Source: Promethearchaeota archaeon
Lineage (GTDB): Archaea; Asgardarchaeota; Lokiarchaeia; Sigyniarchaeales; SOKP01
NCBI GenBank assembly: GCA_018238625.1
Contig: JABCSY010000007.1
Location: forward strand, 1-64,000
Direction of reading: 5' to 3'
Length of the DNA: 64,000 bases
Shown: positions 21,423 to 33,000 of the stretch, one piece after another
How positions within the stretch are numbered: the stretch's first letter is position 1
Layout: each line of letters begins with the position of its first letter
Translations under genes and position numbers: made by a program
The notes under the pieces: model-generated
Seen by the model: only the letters and a program-made list of their open reading frames with translations
Told to the model about the DNA's origin: nothing
Databases searched by the model: none

Positions 21423-22199
21423 ATGCAAGATTTAGAGAGATGATTTAATAAAGCCAAAGTGCCTGTTAAGATCAAAAAGGAACCCTTAAGTTCTATCAGG
21501 CTATCGATTAACAATCAAGATATCTTCCGAATGAGTATCAATACACGGGGGAAAAAACACAAGAGAGAATATTTTAGAATCTATTATGGTCACCCAGAGA
21601 ATGATATTAGGGTAATTGATACCGATTCTAAAAATCAACAATTGATTTTACTTGTGAATGAACCTGAAAGGAAATATACTGTGAGAATCTGGGAACCTAA
21701 AAAAAGCGTTTGGTTATCTCAAACTCAAAAATCTCCTAATTTTTTAAGGAAGTATTTAATAGGGATGGACGAAAGCCATCTTTTTATCGCAGAATTACCA
21801 AATAACTTAGGGCCAATCAACAAAATCAAGGATGCTCATAAAGTATTAAAACCAAATAATGTTTTGGAGAAAGAAAAGAAAACAAACAGAATTAAAAGAC
21901 AAGGAGAATGGTTTTTTATTCCAACTACTCAAAAAGAAATAGAATTAATTGAAGATAATTCTAATTTAATAAAAAAGAAGACACCCTTAAGAAGTAATGT
22001 ACGGAGATCGCGTAATTCTCATATTGCTGACCAATTAATTAATATCGGTGAAGAGCAATTTGTAAGCGGAAGGATCTCCCATATTGAACATAAAACTTTA
22101 AAGTTACAGGGTTGGTTTAAAGTTGTAATAAATAATGAAGTTAGAATATCAGCAACATCTAGAAACCAAATCTATAATGGAGTAAAGTTTATAGATTAA
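21423..22199 (+). CDS. Hypothetical protein with RQGEWFFIP...SH...HIEH motif; upstream ATG with in-frame TGA at codon 7
   Basis: ATG 21423 MQDLER-TGA-FNKAKVPVK is in frame with the 21459 GTG-start ORF. Confidence 0.7.
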
Positions 22200-22215
22200 A
22201 TAAAATGGAATTAAC

Positions 22216-22398
22216 ATGTCAAGAACATACGTAAAAGGTAGAATCAGTAAGGATAAAAGAAGGGGTTTTAAGCGTACTAAATGCTTTCATGTCGGTTATT
22301 GTCATTGTTGTAATTCTCGAAGAAAAGATTTGAGAAAGGCTAAAGAAAGAGAGGAGATAGAATCAATATTGAATGAATATCATTCAAGAAAGGGGTAA
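22216..22398 (+). CDS. Small basic Cys/His-rich protein
   Basis: 60 aa, MSRTY..., CFHVGYCHCC; 16 nt after previous stop. Confidence 0.65.
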   Translation: MSRTYVKGRISKDKRRGFKRTKCFHVGYCHCCNSRRKDLRKAKEREEIESILNEYHSRKG

Positions 22399-22548
22399 TT
22401 TAAAGTTTTATTTTTATAATAAAAGAAACTTTTTTATTTGATAACTTCGAAATTAGATTAATAGTATTTAATATCAATATCTCAATAAAAAAGAGGTAGT
22501 TAAATCATTTTAAACGTTGAAAATTGGAAAAATAAAGCAGTAATTGGA

Positions 22549-23178
22549 ATGATCCTTGGGCAGGTTTTGTTTTTAATCTTAGTCTTTCTAGCTATGATTT
22601 TTTACGCCGGTGGTACGCGCGATAATCCCGCCCTTATAGGATATTCGTTTTGGGGAAATACTATCAGCGATTCAGGACGAATTATAGCGTGGTCGGGCCT
22701 TCTAAATACAACTTCAATGGTGTTTTTATCAACTGCGTTAATAGTATACGCTGTTTCCTTTATGCCCTTTTATATCATAGTTTCTAAATTGTTTTCGGAG
22801 GGAAAGATAGAAAAATACGCAAGTAAAATCGGTTGTATTTTAGGCGTTATCTTTTCCTTGTCATACATTGGAATAGCATTCACTCCTGCTGATGTATTAT
22901 ATACGCCGCACATGATATTCGTTTTGATCGGTTATATATGTGCTTTTGTTATGGCCGTGTTTTTTACTATCGCATTTTTTAAAAACAAAGAATTCTCAAA
23001 TATCTACGCGATAATATTTGCCCTTTTTACAATATTCTATTTTGTTACGCAAATAATTGCTCTAGTAGGGCTCTCATCGGACAGGAACTTAATGGTACTC
23101 ATGCAAAAACTCGGAACATTCGTTAGTATCGGGGTTTTCTTCATAATCGGTTATGGAATATGGAAATTTGAGAAATAA
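22549..23178 (+). CDS. DUF998-like membrane protein
   Basis: YAGG...YSFWGNTISDSG motif, 5-6 TM. Confidence 0.75.
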   Translation: MILGQVLFLILVFLAMIFYAGGTRDNPALIGYSFWGNTISDSGRIIAWSGLLNTTSMVFLSTALIVYAVSFMPFYIIVSKLFSEGKIEKYASKIGCILGVIFSLSYIGIAFTPADVLYTPHMIFVLIGYICAFVMAVFFTIAFFKNKEFSNIYAIIFALFTIFYFVTQIIALVGLSSDRNLMVLMQKLGTFVSIGVFFIIGYGIWKFEK

Positions 23179-23279
23179 ACTCCATTTCTTTTTTATTTTA
23201 CATTAATTATTATACTAATTCATATTAAAGGAGTAAATAAGTATTTCAAATTAATATTTAGCAACTTAAAGGGGTTAAG

Positions 23280-24206
23280 ATGAACGAAAAATATTTTAAA
23301 AATAAAAACGCAGTAATTACTGGAGCTGCAAGCGGGATTGGCCGAACTTTAGCCTTAGAACTCGCCAAAATGGGAACTAACCTCGTGATTTCAGATATTA
23401 ACTTAGAGAGATTAGAGAAGGTAAAAGAAGAAGCGGAATCATATAAAGTTAAAGTGGTCTTAAACAAGTGTGATGTCTCAAAAAAATCGGATGTTAAAAG
23501 CTTGCGAGATACAACCCTCTCAAACATGAAAGATATACATTTTCTTTTTAGCAACGCAGGAACAGCGGCAGGCGGATATCTCGAAAGTTTTTCAAACGAA
23601 ATATGGAGAAATGTTATCAATGTAAACATATGGGGCATGGTTAATTTAGTTAATGCGTTCATTCCTAAAATGGTAGAACAAGGTTTCGGGCACATTATTG
23701 TAACCAGCTCTATTGCGGGAATAATTGGAGCTGGAGGATTAATTCCGTATAGTACATCTAAGTTTGCTAACTTTGGGTTCTGTGAAGCTTTGTACGGAGA
23801 GTTTAAAGATAAAGGAATAGATGTTTCTATTATTTGCCCGTTCCCTATTAAAACTAATCTAATTGAGACGGCGAAAATGAGTATTCCTCCCGATTTGCTC
23901 AATAAATACAGTCAAGAACAATTAGCTAAAGCCTTTGAAATTGGAAAGGAGCACTATTGGAACGAGTTTACAAAGGAAGGATACGAATTAGAGCGTGCAA
24001 TACGCATTTATCTAAAAAAAGTCGCTAAAAAGAAGCTTTATATAAGCGAACATAAAATAGCGAGATTTCTCTTTTTCATAAAAGGGCTATGGCCAAATTT
24101 TTATAAAAAGCTCGTGAGGAAGGTAGGAGCTGATCACTGTGGCGTATTGGACGAATCAACTCAAAAAGCCATTGAATTCATGGATAACATGTTAGAAAAA
24201 TATTAA
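23280..24206 (+). CDS. SDR family oxidoreductase
   Basis: TGAASGIG, SNAG, YSTSK. Confidence 0.95.
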   Translation: MNEKYFKNKNAVITGAASGIGRTLALELAKMGTNLVISDINLERLEKVKEEAESYKVKVVLNKCDVSKKSDVKSLRDTTLSNMKDIHFLFSNAGTAAGGYLESFSNEIWRNVINVNIWGMVNLVNAFIPKMVEQGFGHIIVTSSIAGIIGAGGLIPYSTSKFANFGFCEALYGEFKDKGIDVSIICPFPIKTNLIETAKMSIPPDLLNKYSQEQLAKAFEIGKEHYWNEFTKEGYELERAIRIYLKKVAKKKLYISEHKIARFLFFIKGLWPNFYKKLVRKVGADHCGVLDESTQKAIEFMDNMLEKY

Positions 24207-24225
24207 AAAAAAATATTAGATTGAT

Positions 24226-25584
24226 TTAGAGGCGAGTAATGTATCTATTCCGTTCCCACTCGCTTACAACAACTCGATAGGCGTCGTTCTCCTCTAGTTT
24301 CGCGTAATAGAAGTTTTTAAATGGTTCTTCTCCAAACACTTCCTTTAAAAAATCTGAATTTCTAAACTCATTCAAGGCTTCGCTTAAACTTCCAGGTAGG
24401 GAGTTAATTCCTTCTTTTATCATCTCTTTCGTTGTTAAATTGTAGACGTTTCTATCCGTTGGTTCAGTGATTTCTATATCGTCTGATAAAATTCCGTCCA
24501 TTCCAGCCGATAAAAGGACGGCAAATTGTAAGTATGGATTTCCAGCAGGGTCAGGACATCTTATCTCGCATCGAGCAGCAGTAGTTTTACCGTGAAAGTC
24601 AGGCACTCTTATTAAAGGTGACCTGTTCCTAAAACCCCACGCAATATAAACGGGTGCCTCAAACCCTGGAACAAGTCGCTTGTAAGAGTTAGGCCAACTG
24701 CTTAAAACCGCACACATAGCTTTCGCGTGTTTAAGTTGACCAGCGATCCACTTCTTCATAGTATGAGAAATAAAAGCTGGATCGGATTCATCGTAAAATA
24801 GGTTTACTCCGTTTCTCCAAAGGCTCTGATGTACGTGCATCCCAGAACCATTTATACCAGCAAAAGGTTTGGGCATAAATGTTGCCGTCATGTTATTCTT
24901 TGCGGCTACTGTTTTAACTATCATTTTAATTGTATTCGTATTGTCAGCAGTTTCTACTGCTTTACCATAGCGAAAATCGATTTCGTGCTGTCCTAATGCA
25001 ACCTCGTGGTGTAAACATTCTATCTCAATTCCAAAAGCGTCGCAATATTCAGCAATCGTATATCTCATTTTTTCGTTAATATCGTAAGGATCGTAATCAA
25101 AATATCCTCTCATATCTGACGGCTTAAACGCTGCTTCTCTAGATTGTTGTTCTAACATAAAAAATTCCATTTCTGGTGCGCAATAAAAAGTAAATCCTTG
25201 TTTTTCCGCCTTTTTAACGGCTTTTTGAAGAATATAGCGAGGATCGCCTTCATATCTCGTACCATCAGGATTATATATGTCGCAAAAAACGCGAGCTACC
25301 TTTCTATTGTCGTTCCTCCAAGGAACAATGTAAAAAGTGCTGGGATCTGGTACCGCTACTTTATCAGATTCCTCTATCGCTCCATAACCAGTTACAGAAC
25401 TTCCATCAAAGTTCTCGCCTATATCAAAAAATTCTTCGATCCTTTTCGAATTTATCTCAAAAGACTTAATAATACCTTGAATATCGGTAAACTGAAGGTA
25501 TATAAATTTAATATCTTCCTCTTTAACCTTCTCGATTACCGCTTCACATAACCCTTTTCTCTTCGGATCTTCCTTTTCAATCAT
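24226..25584 (-). CDS. glnA: Glutamine synthetase type I
   Basis: FDGSS, HHEVA, FMPKP, NGSGMHVHQS, KRLVPGFEAP, NRS, EIRCPD. Confidence 0.97.
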   Translation of the reverse strand: MIEKEDPKRKGLCEAVIEKVKEEDIKFIYLQFTDIQGIIKSFEINSKRIEEFFDIGENFDGSSVTGYGAIEESDKVAVPDPSTFYIVPWRNDNRKVARVFCDIYNPDGTRYEGDPRYILQKAVKKAEKQGFTFYCAPEMEFFMLEQQSREAAFKPSDMRGYFDYDPYDINEKMRYTIAEYCDAFGIEIECLHHEVALGQHEIDFRYGKAVETADNTNTIKMIVKTVAAKNNMTATFMPKPFAGINGSGMHVHQSLWRNGVNLFYDESDPAFISHTMKKWIAGQLKHAKAMCAVLSSWPNSYKRLVPGFEAPVYIAWGFRNRSPLIRVPDFHGKTTAARCEIRCPDPAGNPYLQFAVLLSAGMDGILSDDIEITEPTDRNVYNLTTKEMIKEGINSLPGSLSEALNEFRNSDFLKEVFGEEPFKNFYYAKLEENDAYRVVVSEWERNRYITRL

Positions 25585-25688
25585 TTTTTACATCAATTTA
25601 TATTATTTACAATTCTGACAAAGGGAAAAGTTCCCTATTTTTATTTTATAAATATAATTGATATTAAAAACATATAAATTTTAGGGTC

Positions 25689-25750
25689 TTTATAAAGGAT
25701 ATGAATCTTTATGATAGTCCATTTATAAAGGGTATAAAATTCTATGATAG
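25689..25750. repeat. 29-bp direct repeat x2 upstream of glnA
   Basis: tttataaaggatatgaatctttatgatag vs tttataaagggtataaaattctatgatag (24/29 identical, 33-bp period). Confidence 0.75.
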
Positions 25751-25949
25751 AAATTTAAAAAACATTTATGTTCCCTTTAATAATCGAAATCTTTTTTTTG
25801 GAATATTCAAAAAGTAAACTATCAGTAGAATTCATTAAAGCTCTCTAAAGATTCTATATAAGATTTTATTGAATTTGGAATGTCTGGATCCGCTTGATCG
25901 ACATTACTAACATCTAAAGATTTTTAAAAGCGAATAGAAATTTATGGAT

Positions 25950-26894
25950 TCAAAAAAAATCCATATCATGACTTAACATAGGGTTTTTTTCCGTACATGG
26001 AACCCCAAATTGGCAAAATTCACAACCTACAAGGAAAATATCTTCTTTTAATTTCCAGTTAATACGCCGGGAATCAGGCTTCAGAATTGAACCAAGACGC
26101 GGTACCATTTTTCTTGCAACCTTCATACGGTATTTATTACATTTTACTTTATTATGTCCTTTTACTGTAATCGCATTAGCAGGGCACTTGTTTATGCATT
26201 CTTTGCAAATTCCTTTTGCATAATATAAACAATTGGCATAAGGTTCATCGCTCTTTCTTCGAGAAATTTTGATTGGGGCATTAGTAACCACTGAGGCTAA
26301 TCGAATATTACATCCTACTTCAGTGATAAGTCCTTCGTGCAAACTGAAGGTTCCTAATCCCGCAGCAAAAGCGATATATCTTTCAGACCAAGTAGAATAA
26401 TACCCTCCTTTTAAAACAATCGAATAAGAATCACTAAACAACCCAGATATAGCATTATAATTTTTTTCTTTAAAGAAATTAATTGTTTGCTTTATTAAAT
26501 ACCTTTTGAATTCATTTCCATAATTTCTAGCAACGGAATAGATTTCAGCTGGTAATGTTATTTTAGGTAATACAATTGGGTTATTACTTTCCTTGCGAAT
26601 CTTATCAACAAAAGGAAACACTATTGATACTACATAAAGGTCCGATGCTGGCAATTGATCTTGACCACTTGCTATCCACATTTCTAGAGGTGTTAAATGT
26701 TTCTGACCTATAATTTTTTTAAACTTATGAAAAATGGGATCATTGCCTTGAGCAACGCCTACTAATGGATGAGAAAAAATATTTCCACCCCCATATTTCT
26801 CTGGAAGACGGTTAAGCTTACTAATTTTAAATTCTTCTTCTAAAAATCCTAATAATTCATCATTCATTAATCCTAAAGAATTAGATTGCTCCAT
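25950..26894 (-). CDS. QueG/reductive-dehalogenase-like Fe-S protein
   Basis: SERYIAFAAGLG, GCNIRLASVVT, CKECINKCP, CEFCQFGVPC. Confidence 0.85.
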   Translation of the reverse strand: MEQSNSLGLMNDELLGFLEEEFKISKLNRLPEKYGGGNIFSHPLVGVAQGNDPIFHKFKKIIGQKHLTPLEMWIASGQDQLPASDLYVVSIVFPFVDKIRKESNNPIVLPKITLPAEIYSVARNYGNEFKRYLIKQTINFFKEKNYNAISGLFSDSYSIVLKGGYYSTWSERYIAFAAGLGTFSLHEGLITEVGCNIRLASVVTNAPIKISRRKSDEPYANCLYYAKGICKECINKCPANAITVKGHNKVKCNKYRMKVARKMVPRLGSILKPDSRRINWKLKEDIFLVGCEFCQFGVPCTEKNPMLSHDMDFF

Positions 26895-27044
26895 TTTTAA
26901 AATTTTATTAAATTTTCAATTTTCATTTATATTTTGAACCGTTTAATATATAGGAAATATTGATTTTTAAAATATTTCATAAAATAAAGGTATTAAAACT
27001 AAAAGAAGATATAATTTTTAGAGTTCGATTTTAAAAAATGGATT

Positions 27045-27920
27045 TTAACATTCAGATATATATTTATAAAAATGCTTAAAATATCCTTTAGTTTTGTGAG
27101 TAATGAAATTTCCTTTAATCTCTGGGTCGTCAATTACATTTTGAATGTTGAAACCCTCTTTTATTACAAAAAGATTCATATATTTATTTGATATCGCCTT
27201 TTCCGGGCATATATAAACACAACGCATACAAAAAGTGCACTTATTTCCAAATATTATTTTATCATTGCTTGTAGATATGTTTCCTGTGGGACATTCTCTT
27301 ATACATTTACCACATAAATTACATGAGTCTGTTGTTACTAGATATTTACCAAAATAAGACGCACCACTACTCTCTGCTTTATTGAACAAATAAGTTCCAA
27401 TTTTTAGCCATAAACTATTTTTTTGAAGATTTAACTTTCCCAATAGTATTTCTTTAGTTCCTTTTTTAACCTTCTTAACAGCTACTTCGTATAACTGTTT
27501 AATTAGAGAATCGTTGTATTTGAACATTACATTAGCAGGCATAACAATCAAGTTTTCATGAAATACTTTATACCCTTTTTTGCTAAGGTATTTTCTAACC
27601 AAGCTTGTAGAACCACCAGAACAAATTGGATCTCCTGCTGTTTTGAAAGTAAATGTTTTTTTATCATCTTCTACATTTGGCAACCTATCAAGAAAATCAA
27701 AAAATATTTTTGGAGCGCTAAACGCATGTACAGGGTGCCCAAAACCTAGAAGGTCGTAATCTCCTATAGAAAGCGCAAGCTTTTTATTTAAAACATCCTC
27801 AATAGGTATAAGCTTTGTAGTGAATCCTTTTTTTTTGAACTCGTTTGCAAACAAGTTCGCAACTATTTCAGTGTTTCCCGTCCCAGAAAAATAGATAATT
27901 CCTATATTTTGAATAAGCAT
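27045..27920 (-). CDS. EFR1-family flavodoxin-ferredoxin fusion
   Basis: YFSGTGNT plus two CxxCxxCxxxCP motifs. Confidence 0.92.
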   Translation of the reverse strand: MLIQNIGIIYFSGTGNTEIVANLFANEFKKKGFTTKLIPIEDVLNKKLALSIGDYDLLGFGHPVHAFSAPKIFFDFLDRLPNVEDDKKTFTFKTAGDPICSGGSTSLVRKYLSKKGYKVFHENLIVMPANVMFKYNDSLIKQLYEVAVKKVKKGTKEILLGKLNLQKNSLWLKIGTYLFNKAESSGASYFGKYLVTTDSCNLCGKCIRECPTGNISTSNDKIIFGNKCTFCMRCVYICPEKAISNKYMNLFVIKEGFNIQNVIDDPEIKGNFITHKTKGYFKHFYKYISEC

Positions 27921-28052
27921 CTTTATGTGATTTTAAGATTTATTATTTAAAATTGTTTTACTTACTTTAATATTATACTTATTTGGGCTCAAAACAAATT
28001 AGTTAAAAGATTTACAAAAAACTCCTTTCAAATATTAAACCATCGAGATAGT

Positions 28053-29084
28053 TTATATTGATATCTCTCTTTTTTTCAATTTATATATACCTAACACTAA
28101 AAGCAAAACAGCTATGATGATCCAAATTAATAATGAGAAAATCGGTAAATAATAATTTGTTTTTTCTAAGCCACCAAGATCTATATTCTGGTCAGGATCT
28201 ATTGTAGATGCAAATTTATATACTCCTGTTAACATTCCGAACATACTTTGCCAACTTCTTGAAGGAGGTATTGCATTTAGAGCTTCCATAAAAAAGATAA
28301 AAACATTTCCTAAATGATAGCCCAGATCAAAATGGTATAACTGGAGAGTTTCATAGAAATCACCTACTAATGTCCTAATGAATTGGAAGCCAACAAAAGT
28401 TAATATAATAATTAAGATTATTACAACAGATACATTTTTGGATTTTTTAAAAATTGAAGACAAAGCCATTGTGATACTGGTAAATAAAAATAAAATAAAA
28501 AGACTATATAAGTACAAGGCTGTTAAAAAGGGTATTAGACTGATAAAATGATCGATGTTTCCTGAATTAATAAGTACAGTAATCCATCCTATTGAAAAAA
28601 TTGCAATAAAACTTAGAACCATTCCAAGTAGAAAAACAGCTAAATATTTTCCTAAGAAAATTTTTGTACGAGTAATTGGTTTACTAATTAGAATAAGCAT
28701 CGTACCAGTCTTTATTTCTTCAGCAATAAGAGGTGCGCCAGAAGTTCCAATAACTATTGTGAAAACGATTCCTAATGTCCAAAAAAAAACAGAAAACACA
28801 AGAGAGAAGCTAATAACTGTAGCTGCATGATGAGGAGACACGAGTCCAAAATCTATTACAGAGGGTATCAATAGAAAGAGAAACGGGACGATTAACATAA
28901 TAAAAATTACAATTAATCCTTTTTTCATTGATGAGATATCTCTATATGTCTTTTTAATTACTACATCCGTTTTTTGGAAAATATTCTCAGACAACCAAGC
29001 GCGAACAGGTAAAATAAATTTTTCCTTAAATGCGATATTTTTATTTTTTCTATCCTTAGTTGTTTTAATGTTAAGCTTTTTCAT
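28053..29084 (-). CDS. ABC-2 type permease
   Basis: IAEEIKTGTMLILISKPITRTKIFLGK. Confidence 0.9.
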   Translation of the reverse strand: MKKLNIKTTKDRKNKNIAFKEKFILPVRAWLSENIFQKTDVVIKKTYRDISSMKKGLIVIFIMLIVPFLFLLIPSVIDFGLVSPHHAATVISFSLVFSVFFWTLGIVFTIVIGTSGAPLIAEEIKTGTMLILISKPITRTKIFLGKYLAVFLLGMVLSFIAIFSIGWITVLINSGNIDHFISLIPFLTALYLYSLFILFLFTSITMALSSIFKKSKNVSVVIILIIILTFVGFQFIRTLVGDFYETLQLYHFDLGYHLGNVFIFFMEALNAIPPSRSWQSMFGMLTGVYKFASTIDPDQNIDLGGLEKTNYYLPIFSLLIWIIIAVLLLVLGIYKLKKREISI

Positions 29085-30046
29085 TTATTCTCGCTCTCCT
29101 TTTTTAACATAGTATCCATAAAAATATCCTGTAAAGATCGTTCTAGTTGATGGAAACTAAATAAAATTGTATTATGTTCAATTAATAAATGCGGAAGAGT
29201 TTCTCTAAGCTTTTTCAGATCTTTTGGTATTGCATGAATTTTTCCGTCTGGTTCATTTATTCGGACATTTGAAACGGAACTTTGTTTTTTTAATACTTCT
29301 AAGAATTTATCATTCATGTTTGTATCAAAAACATATAAATTTCTAACGAACCTTTTTTTAATGTTACTAATGGAATCAAAGATTACAATCTCGCCGTGAT
29401 TTATCATTACTACATCTTCACACATTTGTTCTATTTCTGATAAAATATGACTTGAAATGAAAACACTTACATTTTTCGATAATTCTTTAATTTTTTTGAT
29501 TACATCTGCTCTCCCTATAGGGTCTAAATTTGCAGTCGGTTCATCTAGTATTAGAACTTTTGGTTCATGGATTAATGCAGCAGCAATAGCAATTTTCTGT
29601 TTTTCTCCACCCGAATATGTTTCAATGTTTCTATTCCTAGCTTCAAAGAGATTAAAAGATTCTAATAATTCTTGTGCTTTTTTTTTTGCATTTATTCTTT
29701 GCAACCCTCCCAATTGTCCTAAATAAATGAGATATTCTTCACCAGTCATATCATCATAAAAAACAGGGTCTTGAGGTATAAATCCAATTAATTGTTTAGC
29801 CGCTACAGTTCCTGCATTCTCATCTCGTATTTTTGCTCTACCTTCTGTTATTGAAATCGCTCCTATTAACATATTGAGTGTTGTTGTTTTTCCAGCACCG
29901 TTTGGACCTAAGAATCCATGAATTCCTGGTTTAATACGAAGATTAATTTGTGAAACCGCTTTTAAAGCTTTTTCACCTTTCCCATAGACTTTAGTTAGAT
30001 TTTCAGTCCAAATTTCATATTGATGTATAGAACCCTTTTTTATCAT
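29081..30046 (-). CDS. ABC transporter ATPase
   Basis: GPNGAGKTT, YSGGEKQK, ILDEPTANLD. Confidence 0.95.
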   Translation of the reverse strand: MIKKGSIHQYEIWTENLTKVYGKGEKALKAVSQINLRIKPGIHGFLGPNGAGKTTTLNMLIGAISITEGRAKIRDENAGTVAAKQLIGFIPQDPVFYDDMTGEEYLIYLGQLGGLQRINAKKKAQELLESFNLFEARNRNIETYSGGEKQKIAIAAALIHEPKVLILDEPTANLDPIGRADVIKKIKELSKNVSVFISSHILSEIEQMCEDVVMINHGEIVIFDSISNIKKRFVRNLYVFDTNMNDKFLEVLKKQSSVSNVRINEPDGKIHAIPKDLKKLRETLPHLLIEHNTILFSFHQLERSLQDIFMDTMLKKESENK

Positions 30047-30066
30047 TTACCTCTTATCTCCTTTCT

Positions 30067-33000
30067 TTATTTTCTTTTTATTAAAATCATCTCTTTTTGC
30101 CTTTTGCTATATCTTCTATAAAAAATATAAATACTTGCTATAGCTCCTAAAATGACAAAAGTCAAAATTATTTGAATTTGATTAGGTGGAACTAATACTC
30201 GAATGCTACTAATGGTTGATATTAATCCACTTTTATCGTGCATAATAATATTGATATCTTTCCAACCTGAACTAAGTGAAACACGAATATCTTTGTTTGT
30301 TACATGACCTTGACTTACACCATTTACGATCACTTCAAAATAATCATAACTTGCGTCGGTATCCCATTCAATTTTAAAATTATGGGAACTCATCGATCCT
30401 AAATCAGTAGGAGATAATATCTGAACCGAAAACTTTGAATTTATGCAATATAAGCTATCTTGACTTACCACTAAGATTTCACTTCTATTATCTTCGTTTA
30501 AATCTAAGAGAGGGTAAATCGAAGATACATCCAAATTAAATCTATATAAAAATTTTCGTTTCATTACATCCAGAATTTCAAAAGTCGGAGATTGAGAGTA
30601 TGATTCCCAACCATATTCATCAGTTGATTTAACAAATAAATCACGGTCTATTAAGATTTCACTATAATTGTCTCCATTGATATCTCCAATATTTTCGAAA
30701 TTTCGAATAAATTCATAAGAAGGATATGAAAAAAAAGGATTTGAACACTCAAAAGGTTCAAGATCCCATCTAAATTGTGTTAATTCAATTCCTTCATTTT
30801 CATCGCTATTGTATACATCGTAAAATTGTATTCGACATCCTCTACAATCCCATCCTTCAGACTGGAATCCAACTATTGCATCTGAAATCCCATCATTATT
30901 AATATCTCCTATAGAAGAAAAAGGCATTTTAGATTTACTAGAATACTCTGCATCATAATTTTGATATATATTTTGAAAAGATTCTTTAAATAAAACAATG
31001 GGATTTGAATCCCCAGAATTACCGCTATAGATTTTCACTTCACGTGTAGGAGTGTAATATCCATTTGTAGGTCTATATATACCTACATGATCTAAAAAAG
31101 TATCTCCATTAAAATCCTCGTAAGATGTTAATAGTTTAAGTCTAACTACATCCAAGCTAAAGTCAACACTTCCAGCAGTTAAACTTGAATACCAGTTTAC
31201 TGATACTAGTCCATAGGTGGGAATTATACTTATGGTAGACTTGTTATTAATATCTACTGTTTTAATATCAGTGAGTGCTATATCTCCACTCTCAGAATAG
31301 ACATACTTGCCTAAAATTAGTCCTATCTTTCCATTAACAGATATAATTGTTTTTCCTGGAAGTTCGTAAGGTTTGAAACCATACCTATCTACATTAGGAA
31401 ATGAAGGGATTATTTCCCATTTGTAATCAATAGCTACTTCTGAATCTGTATAATTATCAAAATATGAGATTGATGTGTCCCAATATGGATTCTCGATTAA
31501 TTTATGAGAACAATTATATTTATCTCCAAATTTAAAAATTCCACTTATTATCCAGCTATTTAGACTATTATTTATTGGTAAAATTCTTACATTCTGATAT
31601 GGAATAATAGTTTTATTAAGACTCCATTTATCAAAGAATAAATTATTTTTTATATCAAAAAGGCGTATTCTTGAACTCCAAGCATCATCTGGATTTTCAT
31701 TGAAACCTTCCTTTCCAATAACGGCAATAATATCTAAGTAATTATCTCCAGTTCCGTTAATTACTTCAAAACTTTGAACTTCTAAGTCTAATAAATTAAC
31801 ATCATTAAACTCACTTTCCCATTCATTAACAGAATATTTCCATATATAATATGGGTCATATTCATTATCAAATAAACCCCAATAAAAAGCCCCTAATCCA
31901 AAATTATCAATTATTAAATCAAAAGGAATTTGATTATTTGAAACATTTATTCGAATTCTTATTTCCTTATTTGAATTTATAAAATCTGATAATGTAGTTT
32001 TATTTTCATAATCAAATTCTAAACATGGATATGCATCTTTAGTTCCACGAGTGATTATCCACATATGATCATACTGATAACCAGTATTATTTAATGGATA
32101 ATCTGAATAGTTAGTTCTCGGACTTTTAAAGCCTCCCTTTAAATCAGGATAAGTATGATTATTCCACGTTGTATGCTGATTATCCCAATTGCATATAACC
32201 CATCTTTCACTTGTAGCGTTATAAATTTCATAAGTAAAAGTATACCCGCTAGAGGATGATGTATTTACCATTAATTTAGTTTGCATTTTGAATGCTGAGA
32301 GTCTTTCTATTTGAGAAAGGGGAAATTCCATCCCGCCTAATAATTTATCCTCTAAAAAATCCAATGGGACAATTAGATCCACTACGGCATTCCAGGATCC
32401 AGAATCCTGTGTTGCCTTTACAGTATAGTTTCCATAAGAATAAATATAATCTACTGTTAATTTATCGATTGCAAGTGTAAATGCTGTTGCATTAACTGCT
32501 TCTAATTTGATTTTTACTAGTTTTTGGTCTCCTAGTGTTAAATTTTCTAAATTATTCAGGATTTTTGTCATATTTGTATATAATGCCGTATTATTTATAG
32601 CTGGTGTACTGATTTTATTCCAATGACCACCATTAGAAAAGTTAAAAATATACATGTCAATTTGTTCAATAAGAGCGCTTGATAAAAATCCTTGATAATC
32701 TACAACAAGATTATGTAGCTCACTATTGATAGGATTAGATAAATTAAATGATAATTCTACATTGATCTTATCTTTTCCAGCTGTTGGTACAGAATTTAAA
32801 ACCCAATATTGATTATCTCCACTTTCAACGCTACCTACAGATGTACTATTAGAAGTTGTTCCAATCTTTAGTGATTTTGTTGAATCTGATGAATTATAAG
32901 ACGTATATGTATAGTTTGAATTTTGATTTCCCCATAGATCAAATTCCCTATTGGTAGAAGTTCCATTAATCAGTTCAATACTTTCTGCGCGTAATAATGA

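Noticed and set aside
23258-23902. 214-aa antisense ORF
   Set aside because: Shadow of the SDR gene
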